From contig JBHGNT010000001.1 in the NCBI GenBank assembly GCA_043228905.1, forward strand, positions 30,132,001 to 30,196,000: a DNA stretch of 64,000 bases, written 5' to 3'. Both the position numbers and the translations under genes were made by a program. The notes beneath the pieces were generated by a model. That model was not told the DNA's origin, made no database searches, and saw only the letters and a list, made by a program, of their open reading frames with translations. Positions within the stretch are counted from its first letter, which is position 1; the number at the start of each line of letters is the position of its first letter. Shown piece by piece: positions 51,233 to 64,000 of this stretch. The stretch comes from Azolla caroliniana (taxonomy: Eukaryota; Plantae; Polypodiophyta).

Positions 51233-52286
51233 TTTAGAGTCAATCTTTCATTATAACGTCTATGCCATTGTAATGGTTTTCATAGGACTCGTATAGGAGA
51301 AGCGTATGGATATCTCTACAGAAAAGAAGCCTACAATCTAGCATATGAAACCAAAACAAACATCACATCTTTCAACTCATCCATTCATGTAAGAATTTAA
51401 CTTAGAAAAAAAGACCTAAGAAGATAATAAAAGAGGTGGTAGGATTGGCCATGTTGACCAACCCACAACTTGACGAGCTATGTCAGCTTGATTGAAGTAT
51501 TGTGCTTAGGAGTGGATCGAATATTTGTCCAAGTAACACCTTATAGATATTGAAATGGATAATTGACTTGGAAATGGCTTTGTAAAGGTAGATGAAAGCA
51601 TTGGCCCACAAAGTGCTTGCAAAAAAAGAATGAATGGTGCAATGGCCATTGAAGGGAAGAACAATAGACTAAAACCTTCAAAGACTACGAGATGATTACT
51701 AATATATGTGTCGAGGTATAGTGTTTCATTCTTCTCCCATTCAGCCTTGGCATCTCTCAGATGCTCTCAATTCTTCAACTCTCCCCAAAGTGATTACTAA
51801 CTTAGATGAGCTCATTTGCCTCTCATCCGGGCTTGATTAAGTACTTGTTCAACGTGTAGCATGTCATGATAGGGGATGGAGGCTTTCTAATGATGCCTTC
51901 AATACTCAATATGGGTGATATGATCCCACTCTCAAAGTCTGGAGATATGTATTCCAAACACTTTAGGATCTCAAAGTGTGAAACATGTGTTAGTGGTAAA
52001 AAACCTTCTAAATTGTTTAACATATGGGGTGTCAATCATTTTATATCTATTGTGAGAACTTTGCCATATAGTAAACCTTGTGAATTTGTCTCTGCCAGAT
52101 TGACTGCATGAGGTGTGCACCCACATCCATTTGACTTGTTTAATTGGTTAAGGCGAACACTAAGGGTGGTATGAGTGAGGAGGACAATTTGGACATGAAT
52201 GGAAGCTTTGTTTCTGATCAATTTAATAAGTAAAACATTAGAGAAGAGATACATGAAGCTGAAGATATTAGTCAAAATCCAAAACC

Positions 52287-52289
<3 letters not shown>

Positions 52290-52323
<34 letters not shown>
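52290..52323. repeat. (CA)n microsatellite upstream of the NAC gene
   Basis: Seen directly. Confidence 0.93.
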
Positions 52324-52326
<3 letters not shown>

Positions 52327-53263
52327 AAGAAGCAAATGATGGGTGAATGCATGTCCAAGCGAGAGAAAATCGTAGATTAAGATTCAAAAACAAGTAAATA
52401 AATATAATTAGGAGGGAAATTCTCTTATGAGAGCATGTGCGTGCCCCCCCCACCCCCCCCCCCCCCCTTAATTCCCTCTTGATTTTGTTGTCATGACTAC
52501 CTAATATCAATCACATCATAAAAGTCATACCCACATGTGTGTACATACCACATACATATATAATCCGAAAAATATAATAATAATAATAAAACAAATATAT
52601 AGAAATATGACATAAAATAAAATAATAATATACAGAATGTAGAATAAATAGTACATATATATACATATATATATTTATGTACATAAATACAAACACATAC
52701 ATACATACGTAGATACGTATATATATATGTATGTATTTGTATTTATGTATATATATGTATGTGCGTGCGGTGTTACATTTCCACGTTCTTCGCCTACCCC
52801 TCTCTCTGGCTCCTGCGTTTGAGCTTCTTCTTCTGCATGGCTTAAGCTTCTTCTGTTTTTACTGTAACACATCTATAATAATTAAACTCTTCCCCCAAAT
52901 TCTAATTCCCTCAATTGCTTTGCTGCCTTCCCTTTCTTTCCACGCATTAATTGTGAGCGTTGCATACATTTATACATACCAATCCTTCCTTCTTAATTCG
53001 TCCAATTTAGCGGATTAATTCCTATTGAGACATTAGAGACTACTTCACGTTGGTTAATTCATTTTTAACCCTTCAAAATCTCCATTAAGGCTGTGAATGG
53101 AACTATTCCATAATGTGTGATAGTGGAATGTAGTAAAACCCTGTGCAATCAGCAACAATCGAAACAATTCTCACTATTTTTACTGCTACTCCAAACCGAA
53201 ATACTAATTACTAGCAGCAACCTTTTAATCAATTGCTATTAATATCATTATTGTTATTATTTG

Positions 53264-56200
53264 ATGAACATGTTGAGCACAAACAATGCGCCGGCTCCTA
53301 CTAATGTACTGCTAATGAGGCCACCTGCTAATTACAACACCATTAGCAACCTTCACAATGGTAACAACCCTAATAATCAATATGCACATGAGAATGATCA
53401 TCGTGGTCGCGCTCCTCGTGGTCATCGTCACCATCGTGATGATCACGATCACCTGCAGAGCTGCAATGATCATGGCGCGAACCATCTGATCAGTGATAGC
53501 CATGGATTCGTGGCCATGTCTCCTCGAGATATTCAGCCCATGTGCTTGCCACCTGGTTACAGATTCCATCCAACCGATGCAGAGCTCATCGTGTATTACC
53601 TCTCCAATAAGGTGGCCAATCCTTCTTCCTTTAACGTTCCTGCCATCGCTGAAGTTGACCTCAACAAGTGTGAACCATGGGACCTCCCTGGTACCTTATT
53701 ACCATTACCTATATATATATTCGTATATGTATATAAATATCCGACAAATGGATTGACTAACTTAGTAAACTCTGATTGATTGATTGGGTCAGTTTAATGT
53801 TTTGTAACCATTCGTTTCTGTAGCTTATTAGGGTTACCCCTAATTAATGGGACGGATTGCCTTGATTGAAAATGTGGTGGGGGATGGAGGTTGAATCAAA
53901 ATTAGTAAGAATAGGAGAAATGGTTTGGGATTTGGGATGTGTTTTTTTTTCTTTGTAATGATTTCATGAAGTGAATTAGTGGGGTTTTCTGAAATGGATT
54001 AAAATAACAATGCAGAAATGGGCGATCATAGTCTTCTCCAGGAACAGAGCAGTAGCAGTAAGGATGCAGAGTGCAGGTATTTCTTCAGCCTGAGGGACAG
54101 GAAATACCCCACAGGGCTACGGACCAACAGGGCCACCCTGTCCGGCTACTGGAAGGCCACAGGCAAAGACAGACAAGTCTTCTTCCAGCACCCCATTAAC
54201 CCTAACCCTAATCATCCTAACAATGTTACCCCTACCTACCCTATTACTGACATTCATCACAACCACCGCCAATACATGCTACCAGCTAGCAGTAATAGCA
54301 ATCATACATCTAATTGTAAGATTGGTAGTGATCGCAAGAATCACCATGAAATCAATGTACTTGATGATGCTGTTGCTTATAATAATAATAATTATTATTA
54401 TTATAGTCTAAACAACGCTAATCGTAAGCAGCTACCAGCCGGTTTGATTTCTTTCAGTAATAATTTAAATGCGGTTAGTTATAGTAAGAGCAATGCTACT
54501 AATCATAATAATAGTAATTACACCTATAGCAATAACAACAGTACTGCTAGTTATAATCAGGATAATAAGAAGAACATGAATTGCAAGCTGGTGGGCATGA
54601 AGAAGACATTGGTGTTCTACAAAGGAAGGGCACCCAGAGGAGAGAAGAGCAATTGGATTATGCATGAGTACAGACTCATTGATAACGACCACCATCTATT
54701 AACTGCTGCTGCTGCTGCCTCATCTAATTACTCTAATCCGAATCCTGCCACTACTTATAATTCATCCTTACTCCATCCTAATCACTCGACTAAGCTCACC
54801 ACCTGCAAGGTAATCATATTTTTATTTATATAGATATGCATTATAAATTATTTTTTGTCGATCGTAATTGAAAATTTTAGCATTTGGATTGATTATGTGC
54901 CGCGAGTTATTTATTTCTTTTCATCGATCACTACAATATAACTAATTTCTCTGTAGCTTCTTTGTACTCCAGTAAATCTCGCGTTTAATTCTCACCTTGA
55001 TCGTTAATTTACGACATATACAGGATGAATGGGTCGTGTGCCGCGTGTTTAAGAAAAATGGATCTAAGTCGAAGCTCCCTAATCACAGCAACGACTCCTT
55101 GACAGATCGGCTACAACATCATCATGATCATGATCATAATCATCAAACTAAGAATAAGCATGGGCACCATATGAGCATAAGCAGTAATAACAAGATCAAC
55201 GTTAATAATACAGTTACGATTAGCGACCAGTTACCAGGTTTGCAGGAGTCGCCCCACACAAATATAACTACAACGTCGCAAAGCCTGGGGGAGGCGGAGG
55301 TAACCATGGCTACTGCTGCTGCTGCTACTACTATTACTAACAGCCTCTACAGCTTCGTAGGGCTCAGCAGTAGTAGCAATGCTTCGACGTCTGATTACAT
55401 GGACGATAATGGCTTCCTACTTCAGGGACCTCGGACACATGGACGGAATGTCCTCCTTCTGTCCAGATCGTCAAGCGGCCATGAATTGCCTGCATGCAGG
55501 GATGATCAGCAGCTCCAATGTGGGAGTAATAATATTCTGGTGATCCCATCGCCATCGCCATCGCCATCGCCATCGCAGATGGATTGTATGATAACTGCAG
55601 ACGTCCGTGACATGCCATGGCCTTTGACGACATCTGGCGCCCCCTCCCAGTACGACACCCTAATTAAGCACGATTATGGTGTCGATGACCCTAATTACAT
55701 CCACCCCTCTTCTAATACTAGCACCTATCATCATCGTAATAGCTCCGGTATAATGAATTGTGATGTTGCCATGGGACTTGAGCACAAGATGATTAGTGCT
55801 AATTATCCATCTGAATATATCGGTAATATAGCATGTTTAGTGGGCAAGGTGCAGCAGCAGGCTCCCCCTCTTCCTGCTCATTATCATTATCATGATGATC
55901 GCCATCATCCATCCAACTCCCCTCTTGCAGATCCTGCTCCAGCTCAAGCGATAGGTACTGATACAATTCCTTTATCTACTGTTTACATTCATTATTCTAT
56001 AACGGAAAAACAAAAGAGTCAATTGTTTAATTAGATTTCTTGGCATTGTGTATCATCTGCGTGCTAGTTTTTTTTTCTTTCCCCTACATCGGAAACCGTT
56101 AAACATACATACAGTACATATATTATATATTATGCACTAAAAATGGATCAAAATTTCCTCCAGATACTGTATATGGAAATCAAATAACTAATCTTTTTCG

Positions 56201-56538
56201 GTTGTTTCCTTTGGCTGGGGGTCGTCTATTATTATATGTAATTAGGGATCAGCTGTGCATTTATGGAGGCGGCAAGCATCGCGAATTGTGGTGATGATCA
56301 TCACCATCATCATCATGGAGCAGCAAAAGCAGATCAGGGGTCTTCTTCTTCTTCTTCTTCTTCTTCTTCTTCTTCGGCGACGACGACGACTAGTAATCCA
56401 GTGAGTCTGCTGCGATCCTTAGTAGCGGTAGAACAGGAGGAACTCCTGATGATGATGATGATGAACATGAGGAACCCTAATCACAGCAGTAGCGCCAATG
56501 GCAACCATAATCATAATGACGACCACAACAACAACTAA
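53264..56538 (+). CDS. NAC transcription factor, NAM/CUC-like. Exons 53264-53690, 54016-54809, 55024-55954, 56246-56538 (3' end ambiguous)
   Basis: Subdomains [96 protein letters not shown] and [11 protein letters not shown]. An L-motif-like LPGLQESP is present and intron positions are typical of NAC genes. Confidence 0.92.
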
Positions 56539-58647
56539 ATTAGTAGTCAGTTTATCATTTTTACAGCAGGATTTGGCGATTACAGACCGAGAGATTCATT
56601 GATCCTTCCGGCAGTGCAGCTGACGGAATCATTGACCGGAATGCTGACGGGAGATCGCGATTCCGCGATTACCTGCGCGATTAACGGCGGTGGGGGTCAA
56701 CGGCTGCCCCCCGCTCTGACGTCATCATCAACGGGCCTGTGAGCACGTGACGTCAGGGCCTTCCCACGTGCTACGGATGCCGTGTCTTTATTATTATTAT
56801 TATTATCTCTCTCTCTCTCTCTCTCTCTCCATTTCCTATTTTTCTCCCTAAAAACTATACATATTAATTTGTATTTGTTTTTTTTGTAGTTTGAAATTTA
56901 TTGATTTTAGTTAAGATATTAGTTCTCTTGGATAGACCCCCTCCCATTCCTTTCATTTAAGGCTATATATATGTATATATATATATAGCTATATATAGGT
57001 CTGTAGGTAGTATGTATGTACATACATACATATTGTGTCACTTTTACCCACCACCGTGTGTTCTCAGAAAACCTTATCTTTGTTTACCTCCCTCCATGTC
57101 GTCCGTCCGTCAGCAATCAAGCGCCTATTTTTAACCCTCCCTCCTAATCACAGCCTAATTAATTAATTAATTACCTCCCCTACCTACACTCCCCCCCGCC
57201 CCTATCTCATCAATTGCTAATCGAATCACTGTGCTTCAACCATGATTGTCTACATTATATATATTATCCCATTGCTCCTATCCGTTGTGTTACCAATGTG
57301 TAGAGTTTTGATTCCTCCACCCCCTCTCCGAATTGTAATTACGATATGTAGTACTATCTCATTCGCGGCTTTGTTAAGTATTATTATGTTCACACATTCT
57401 CTCCTTCGGTATGCTTGTCCGTAAGAAGTAGAAACAAAAGTTTCCCGGCAAAAGTCACGGAGCAATCGACTTCACCATCGTTTTCATAGATTAGATTTGC
57501 TTTGGGATGTCTTATTTTGTTTTTGACTTATTTATATGGAAATCAAAATTTACTTAAGTATTCAAGAATAATGGTCCTTTTGTTCACTTGCCAACTGATC
57601 AAAACTTTGAGCACTTCGCATGGAGTTACATATATATACATATGCGATACTATACTTTAGGACGTTGTGCAATTAAGCAACAATTCATGACTTGTTCAAA
57701 ACAAAGAAGCTGGATAACAAAGTATACACTTTGGTTCAATTTGATAATATTCCATTAAATGTCCTTCTACATCCATTTTATTGTTAGTAATTAGAAGGCA
57801 AACTACATGCATTAAGCAATGCTTCTTGTTTCAGAAGCAATATGTAGGATGGAATTATATAGGAACATCTAGTAGAGGATGAAACATATCATTCACTAAT
57901 CTAGAAAGGAACATGTTACCAATCATGGGCTCACCCAAATATATGGGTAAATAGGGCTAATTTAAATTTTGAGATAGTAGATAGAAGGAGAAGATGAGTA
58001 TACAAGTATCTATTGTCGTCTACAAGTTGAGGCGATGATTATTTCTTCATCTCATATTGTGCAAAACTTCATGAACCTCACACCATGACCTTGCAATATG
58101 GATGTCTATTGCACACAACTCATACAAGCCAAATAACGTACTAAAAACAATGTTGCCTTGCATGACCCGTGACACGACCTACAAACTCAAACAACACAAG
58201 TGAAGAATGAAGGACCAGCCATAGTTCATCCATTGGAATAACACTAGGGTTATAGCTTGGCATCCCAAGAAGGTTGCGCAATGTTGTCAGTATTATACAT
58301 GGCAAAGAGGACGACGATAATTTGTTGTCATAAGTTGGATCCCAAAACATGCATGGGAGCTTTTACAATGTATGTATGTATGCATGTGTGTGTGTTTGTG
58401 CATAGATAGATATACATATATATTGGATGAAATGGTTTGATTATGCAAAAGAGAGATCTGAGTACATGGATAATAGATAATACTTGGTAATTAAATTTCT
58501 TCTATCACACACAAACACACGCTCTCTCTTCTTCTTTTTTAATTAGCTTACCCTAGTATGTTGTTACACTGCTTGTCCCCAAACCCAATTTCTCACCTCT
58601 CTATTACTCCATATATGTATCTCTCTCAAATCTACTAGATGCCACTG

Positions 58648-58700
58648 TGGAATGTAGGGGTTGAACCCATGACCTCCTAGTCTCCATCTGAGCTACATCC
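58648..58700 (-). pseudogene. tRNA-Ala-derived element (pseudo-tRNA or SINE head) lacking the anticodon arm
   Basis: Minus strand GGATGTAGCTCAGATGGAGACTAGGAGGTCATGGGTTCAACCCCTACATTCCA. The 5' part matches plant tRNA-Ala (GGGGATGTAGCTCAGATGG), and A- and B-box-like motifs are present. Confidence 0.65.
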
Positions 58701-58907
58701 ATCGGAGCTCTCTTCCTCTCTTTGTTGCACACACAGAGAGTCAGTCTTAAGGTAAAGGTAAAAATAGAAACAGAGAAAAGATCAAAGACGAAGAAAGAGA
58801 AGGAGAAATGACGGTGTTTGCTTCTTCAGTGAGAGCAAAAACGTTTTTCCGACACTGACAGACGGACACGCAGAGAGAGTGAGAGAGAGTTCTCAGATGA
58901 GATTGTG

Positions 58908-61900
58908 ATGGCGATGAGATCTTTCCCTCCACAGCACCGATGGACAATCATAACGCTCATGCTCACATTCCTCCTGCTTCTCCTCTGCTTCCGTTTCCCC
59001 GACCTTCGAACCCCAGCGTCTTCGTCTTTCTTGTTATCATCATCATCTTCTTCATCCGCTTTCCCGATTCAGGTATGTATCTCTCGCGCTTTACACGTAC
59101 ACACATTCAGCAAGTTTTCTTCACCGTTGATGTGTTAGATGAGAGCGAGGGTAGAAATTTCTCACCTTTGATACTGCGTCAAGAAGTAATAACATGTTTG
59201 GTGGTGTTTATATCTTGACTTTTAGAAACTTGACATGAAAACTTAATCTTGTTTTCTAATCTCACAGTTTGGATCTTCCATGAGTTTGGTTTTGTGATCG
59301 ACTAGACGAGTAAATAGCATTCCCAGTGCATTCAATTCCATCCTCGTTAGGAGTTTGTGGAAGCTAGTTTAACCTTCTAGGAATTCTTGGAAATCATGCA
59401 TGGTATCCTCATATTTGTGGCAGTCCAAAATGACATGTTCTTTGGTTTCTCCGTTACATTGATGCAAAATAGCTCACATCTTCTCTTTTTAATGCTTGAT
59501 ATTCAGACACCCCCAGTTTCTATCTTCAATGTGCACGAGTGTTGCACATCTGTGTGATGGCATGTCTTGCGTGCTTCAGCATGTGTGGACATATTTTTTG
59601 GTTAGGCCTTGGCCAGCCTCCCAAAAAATTCTCTTAATATCGAGTATAAATGCAGCTCGAATAGCACTTAAATTTAGATCTATGACTGGCTGATCTCAAT
59701 TTCATATGGACCTCTTCCAGTGTTGTAGAGTAAAACATGGTCTCACATTCTGCGTTGAGGATACAATCTTGTGCTGTCATCCTTACTTTCAATATTTTCT
59801 TGGAAAAACCCTTTGAAGGTCACACCACTTGATTGACTTGCTTACCGTTTCTAGATGTACGGGGGTTGTGCTCTTAACCCCCCTAAATGAAGGCAGTGAA
59901 ATCTCTTTTATACTTTCACTATTTCATTCCATGAGCTTGCTTCTTCCCATACCTATTTCATGAAGCAGTGTTTGTGTGATGCATGCATACGAATGACATT
60001 GTTGTAATCTCCCATCTTTGGGTTGTGCTCAAGTGTCACATGCTCTCAAATTCATAGTATGGATCTGTGTGGTTTCCATTCACCATGTATTCCAAGTGTG
60101 CTGACTAGGTATGGCAACACTGAGATATTTGAAACTATGAACCACTTCAATTGTCTCCTCTTCATGGTACTCTACAGGCTATTGACTTTCAGATTAGACA
60201 TTGCTTCTCACCATTAACTTGATCTTAGCCACGTTGATTGCTAGGCCACTATTCTCAAAAAAAGAATGATCATATCTAGAAGCGTTTGCAGTCATAGTTG
60301 ATAACATGTCTGAAGTACAATGTTGTCTGCATAAATGTGTGTGAGAACATGCTTGTTTATTTGAAAATAAAGGAAAACTTAAAATTATCATTTCCAATAT
60401 GAGAAGACATGGAATATGGAGATGGAAATTGATGTGTTCAGGACTTCAAAAAGGCAAAATGACACATGACTCCAATGGAGGTTTCATGTGTTCGATAACA
60501 AGTCCATGTGGGGCCAACATAACCTATGAGTCACATTGGAAGGGGGGGATGGTAGAGTGTTATAGGCATAACCTTATGAACCAATTTTTATAGCTCATTT
60601 TAATGGGGTATGGGTAGGATAGTTGGGAAACCAATTATCTTAGGAATTGAGACAAACCAAGAAGAACCTATGATGCGTGGGAACATGTGGTGATCTGGGA
60701 ACCTTAGTTGTTGGGATATATCAAGGGGACTAGCTATCCCCTTCATTACGACATCTTGAGATGCTGCTGAGACTATTGGTGTGGCTAAGGCTCTCGTTGT
60801 TGGGTCAGTTATTCAACCACCACGGTATACCATGAAGTAAACTATTCAGTGTTATGGGACACCGATAGTATTTTATGTTTGTCTCATGTCCTGTTGGTAT
60901 ATTCGATGCTTGAGGGTGGTTGGTGTGGTTAAGCACCCTTAATCTATTATTCTCCTAATATTTTATTCTTTTGCTCATCATGTTGAGCTTCGAAAGATCT
61001 CTTGTAAGGTGAGAGATAGAAAGAGAGCATTTGGAAGAGTCTCCGTTTAAGGTTGTCTTTTGTTTCTATTTTGCAGGACACTCTTTCAGGGAGCTTAAAT
61101 AATAAGGAGAATCAGCAATTTGCAATGTCTGACTTTAACTCACCAGAGGTGTTTAAGCTCAACTATAAAGAAATGGAAGAGAAGTTCAAAGTGTTTATAT
61201 ATCCAGATGGAGATCCAAATACTTTCTATCAGACACCTCGTAAATTGACTGGAAAGTATGCTAGTGAAGGTTATTTCTTTCAAAACATAAGGGAAAGTCA
61301 GTTTCGTACTTATGATCCAGAGGAAGCCCACATGTTTTTCATTCCAATATCCTGTCATAAAATGAGAGGCAAGGTTTGTTTTCCTTATATTACTGTGTAA
61401 AAATCTAAAATAGAAGAAATCCCTTTAATATGCAAGGCAGTAATTTGTGTATTTTATGATACTCCATTGTAGGGAAATTCCAAATAAGCTGTGACAAAGC
61501 ACGTATAATGTGTAATATAATGTCAAAATGGCTAACCAACATATTATGGATTTAAGTTGTAACATTATTATGCAAAAAAAATCTGCAGTGCACCCCTATG
61601 TTATCCTTGAGTTCCTTTCAGGTTTAATTAATCAACACAGCCAGAGATAGGTCCATTTGCATGTGCATGGTTTTATCCATGAGCAATATGGATAAGTATG
61701 GCTTGTCCAAAAGATACAAGGTTTATGTATATACAAGGGTTGGGCTATCCTCATGTGCATATTACATATTTCCCTCCATTCTAGTAGTGGTGGCAAGTTA
61801 AAGCCACTGTCGTGCACATCCCTAAATCCCAATGGTCTAGATATTCCTTTGTGTAGCATGGGATGCAATTAGTTCTTTATATTCATGGGCAGAGAGCGAA

Positions 61901-62865
61901 TCTCTAAGGTTAAGCAGAATGGCTCATATTTTAAATGATAAATTTGCATTCAATCCTAACAGCTATGGATAATGCAGTTTTTTTGAACTCCAGGGAACCA
62001 GTTATGAGAAAATGGCACTCATAGTCCGGGATTATGTAAACACACTGATGGAGAAGTATCCATACTGGAACAGAACCCTAGGAGCAGATCATTTTTTTGT
62101 AACATGTCATGATGTTGGGGTGCGAGCAACAGAGAATGTCACACATCTTGTTAAGAACTCAATTAGGGTTGTCTGCTCACCTAGTTATAATGTGGGTTTC
62201 ATTCCTCACAAGGATGTAGCATTGCCACAGATCTTACAACCATTTGCTCTGCCACAAGGAGGAGATGACATAAAAAACAGGTAGTTGTATTCTTCTATTT
62301 ATTTTAGGCAAGTTAAGTTTTTTGCATGTCATCATTTGTGATGACGACATTCTGAAGGATAGGAGTCCTAGGATATAAAAATGGGTGATTTATTGCCAAA
62401 TGGCTCAATTTTGATCATTTTGCCAAAATTTGGTTATTTTAATGATCGAGTCTTTTGATAGATTCTCCAAAATGTGCAATTGCACGTAGTACTTGACAAA
62501 ATAAGATATTGTGAAAATATGAAAGATTAGACCAAATTTATACACCTTTTGAGTTTCATAACCCATAAATAACCACCTCCCCATTTATGTTTAGTAAGAC
62601 CATAAAATTCCCTGACTTTTTATCATGAACAGGACAATTTTAGGATTCTGGGCTGGTCATCGGAATTCCAAGATCAGAGTTATACTTGCAAGGATGTGGG
62701 AGAATGATACAGTGCTTTCTATCAGCAACAATCGAATTAGCAGGGCCACTGGGGAACTTGTGTATCAAAAGCAGTTCTATAGAAGCAAATTTTGTATATG
62801 CCCTGGAGGTTCACAGGTCAACAGTGCTCGTATTGCAGACTCGATCCATTATGCATGTGTTCCTG
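58908..62865 (+). CDS. GT47 exostosin-family glycosyltransferase (At4g38040-like), type II membrane protein. Exons 58908-59072, 61077-61373, 61994-62280, 62633-62865; last exon(s) beyond the window
   Basis: TM segment WTIITLMLTFLLLLLCF, then FKVFIYPDGDPNTFYQTPRKLTGKYASEGYFFQNI, YPYWNRTLGADHFFVTCHD, FWAGHRNSKIR and SKFCICPGGSQVNSARIADSIHYACVP. Phases are consistent. Confidence 0.93.
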
Positions 62866-63049
62866 GTAATATTCTTTCACACTCCCTTTCTGTCTCTTTT
62901 CTTTTGTGTAACTAGCATTTCCTTGCGTGTAGATTCCCATCAACAGAATATTACTTTATACACCCACTTATTTGGAAGAGCTTTTGTTCCTTTGGTTAAA
63001 GGCACAATAGCTTACATATCATGTCTGTAGAAGAACGGATACCTTCTAA

Positions 63050-64000
63050 AATAAATAGACTGCATACCTGATGACCCAATTTCTCTGGCATTGGTTCTAT
63101 TTCAGGAAGCATATAAATTTCAGCATTTTCTGGCTTCTGCAAACAATGTTTAGCATATTGTCCATGCTGTTCAGCATCTTTGTCGTGTTTTCCAAGACCA
63201 GCACCTGCATCATGTTGTCCATCACCCTTAATAACACTTCTTACCTGTCCAGCTTCTGGCTTAAATATTACCAGCTGATCACAATTTCAGCCTTCCATAA
63301 AGCATTATGAGGCAGATTCTCAAACTTAATGGGTAACCATATCTTGTAGGCTATGTCACTGTCATCACAATAGCCCGTAAAGGCGCTCTTGGTGGACTTG
63401 GAATAAAGGTTATTTCTTTTCTCATGCCTAAGTCATACAGACACTTCTCCCCAATATCAATGAGGGATATTAGCAGTGGACAACATGCACCACACACTCA
63501 AACACAAGGTCCTGTTACATCTTTCCCACCACACTGAAGAAGAGCTGCATAAAATTGTAAGTTCTCTTTTGAGACCAGGCAAATCCGAAAAGAACTTAAA
63601 CTCTGCAGTGTGAAATTCACCACCATTTTCTGTTCTCTGATATTTTGCAAATGCATAAAAAACTTAAATGGAGCAACTGGATCATTTTTCTTTTTCGACA
63701 AATACACCCAAATGTTTTTGGAACGTTCATTAATCATTGAATAAAATATGCAGGACCTCCCATAGATTTTACAGACTTCTATACACATTTGAATGCACCA
63801 AATCCAAGACAAGAGGCTTGTGAGAGACCCAAAATAATAAGAACTTCTCACATGTTTACCAAATTGACAATCATACAAAAGTCAAGGTTTGAGCCCTTAC
63901 CCTTTTCAAAGAAAATAGGACTTTAAGTCCATTTTTGGCTCATATAGCCCAACCTCATATGCCAAAGCTCTACATGAGATCTAATCTCAGTAATAGCAAG
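63050..64000 (-). mobile_element. Ty1/copia LTR retrotransposon remnant (GAG-pre-integrase/integrase) in an exostosin intron
   Basis: Minus strand ELWHMRLGYMSQK, YDCQFGKHVRSSY, LDLVHS, KSMGG.AYFI, SKNIWVYLSKKKND and WCMLSTANIPH*YWGE, with frameshifts. Confidence 0.82.

Noticed and set aside
51400-52200. Harbinger or LINE remnant suggested by 'IGDGG'
   Set aside because: A single short motif without supporting flanking residues.
52036-53018. Overlapping short ORFs upstream of the NAC
   Set aside because: They are translations of CA, TA and TATG microsatellites.
55440-55470. miR164 target site in the CUC-like NAC
   Set aside because: aatgtcctccttctgtcca, and the agcacgtg near 56742, match the miR164 complement too poorly. 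No HVxCFS motif is encoded.

Overview
AT-rich eukaryotic nuclear DNA from a land plant. A fern is likely (inference from the many PLS-type PPR fragments, L1-like LINE ends and long AG/TG microsatellites). All five recognisable intact genes are on the + strand: an intronless EF-hand/TPR/ZZ-finger gene (At1g05150-like), an 8-exon plastid ClpR2, a 5-exon aldose 1-epimerase, a NAM/CUC-type NAC transcription factor, and a GT47 exostosin (At4g38040-like) that runs off the right end. A PPR 3' end sits at the left edge. The ~35 kb between the epimerase and the NAC has no intact recognisable gene. It holds a decayed spliced minus-strand gene of unknown family, three or four LINE 3' ends (two forming an inverted pair), three PPR pseudogene fragments, several recent tandem duplications, a palindromic higher-order minirepeat and a CpG-rich G-box/TCP cluster. 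The most notable oddities are a 136-aa Asn-rich insertion inside the NAC DNA-binding domain (possible exitron), an in-frame open extension beyond the NAC stop with usable splice sites, the cryptic gene, and an anticodon-less tRNA-Ala-like element in the exostosin promoter. No prokaryote-type system or CRISPR array is supported. Exon boundaries were read by eye, and family assignments come from recalled motifs, not database searches.
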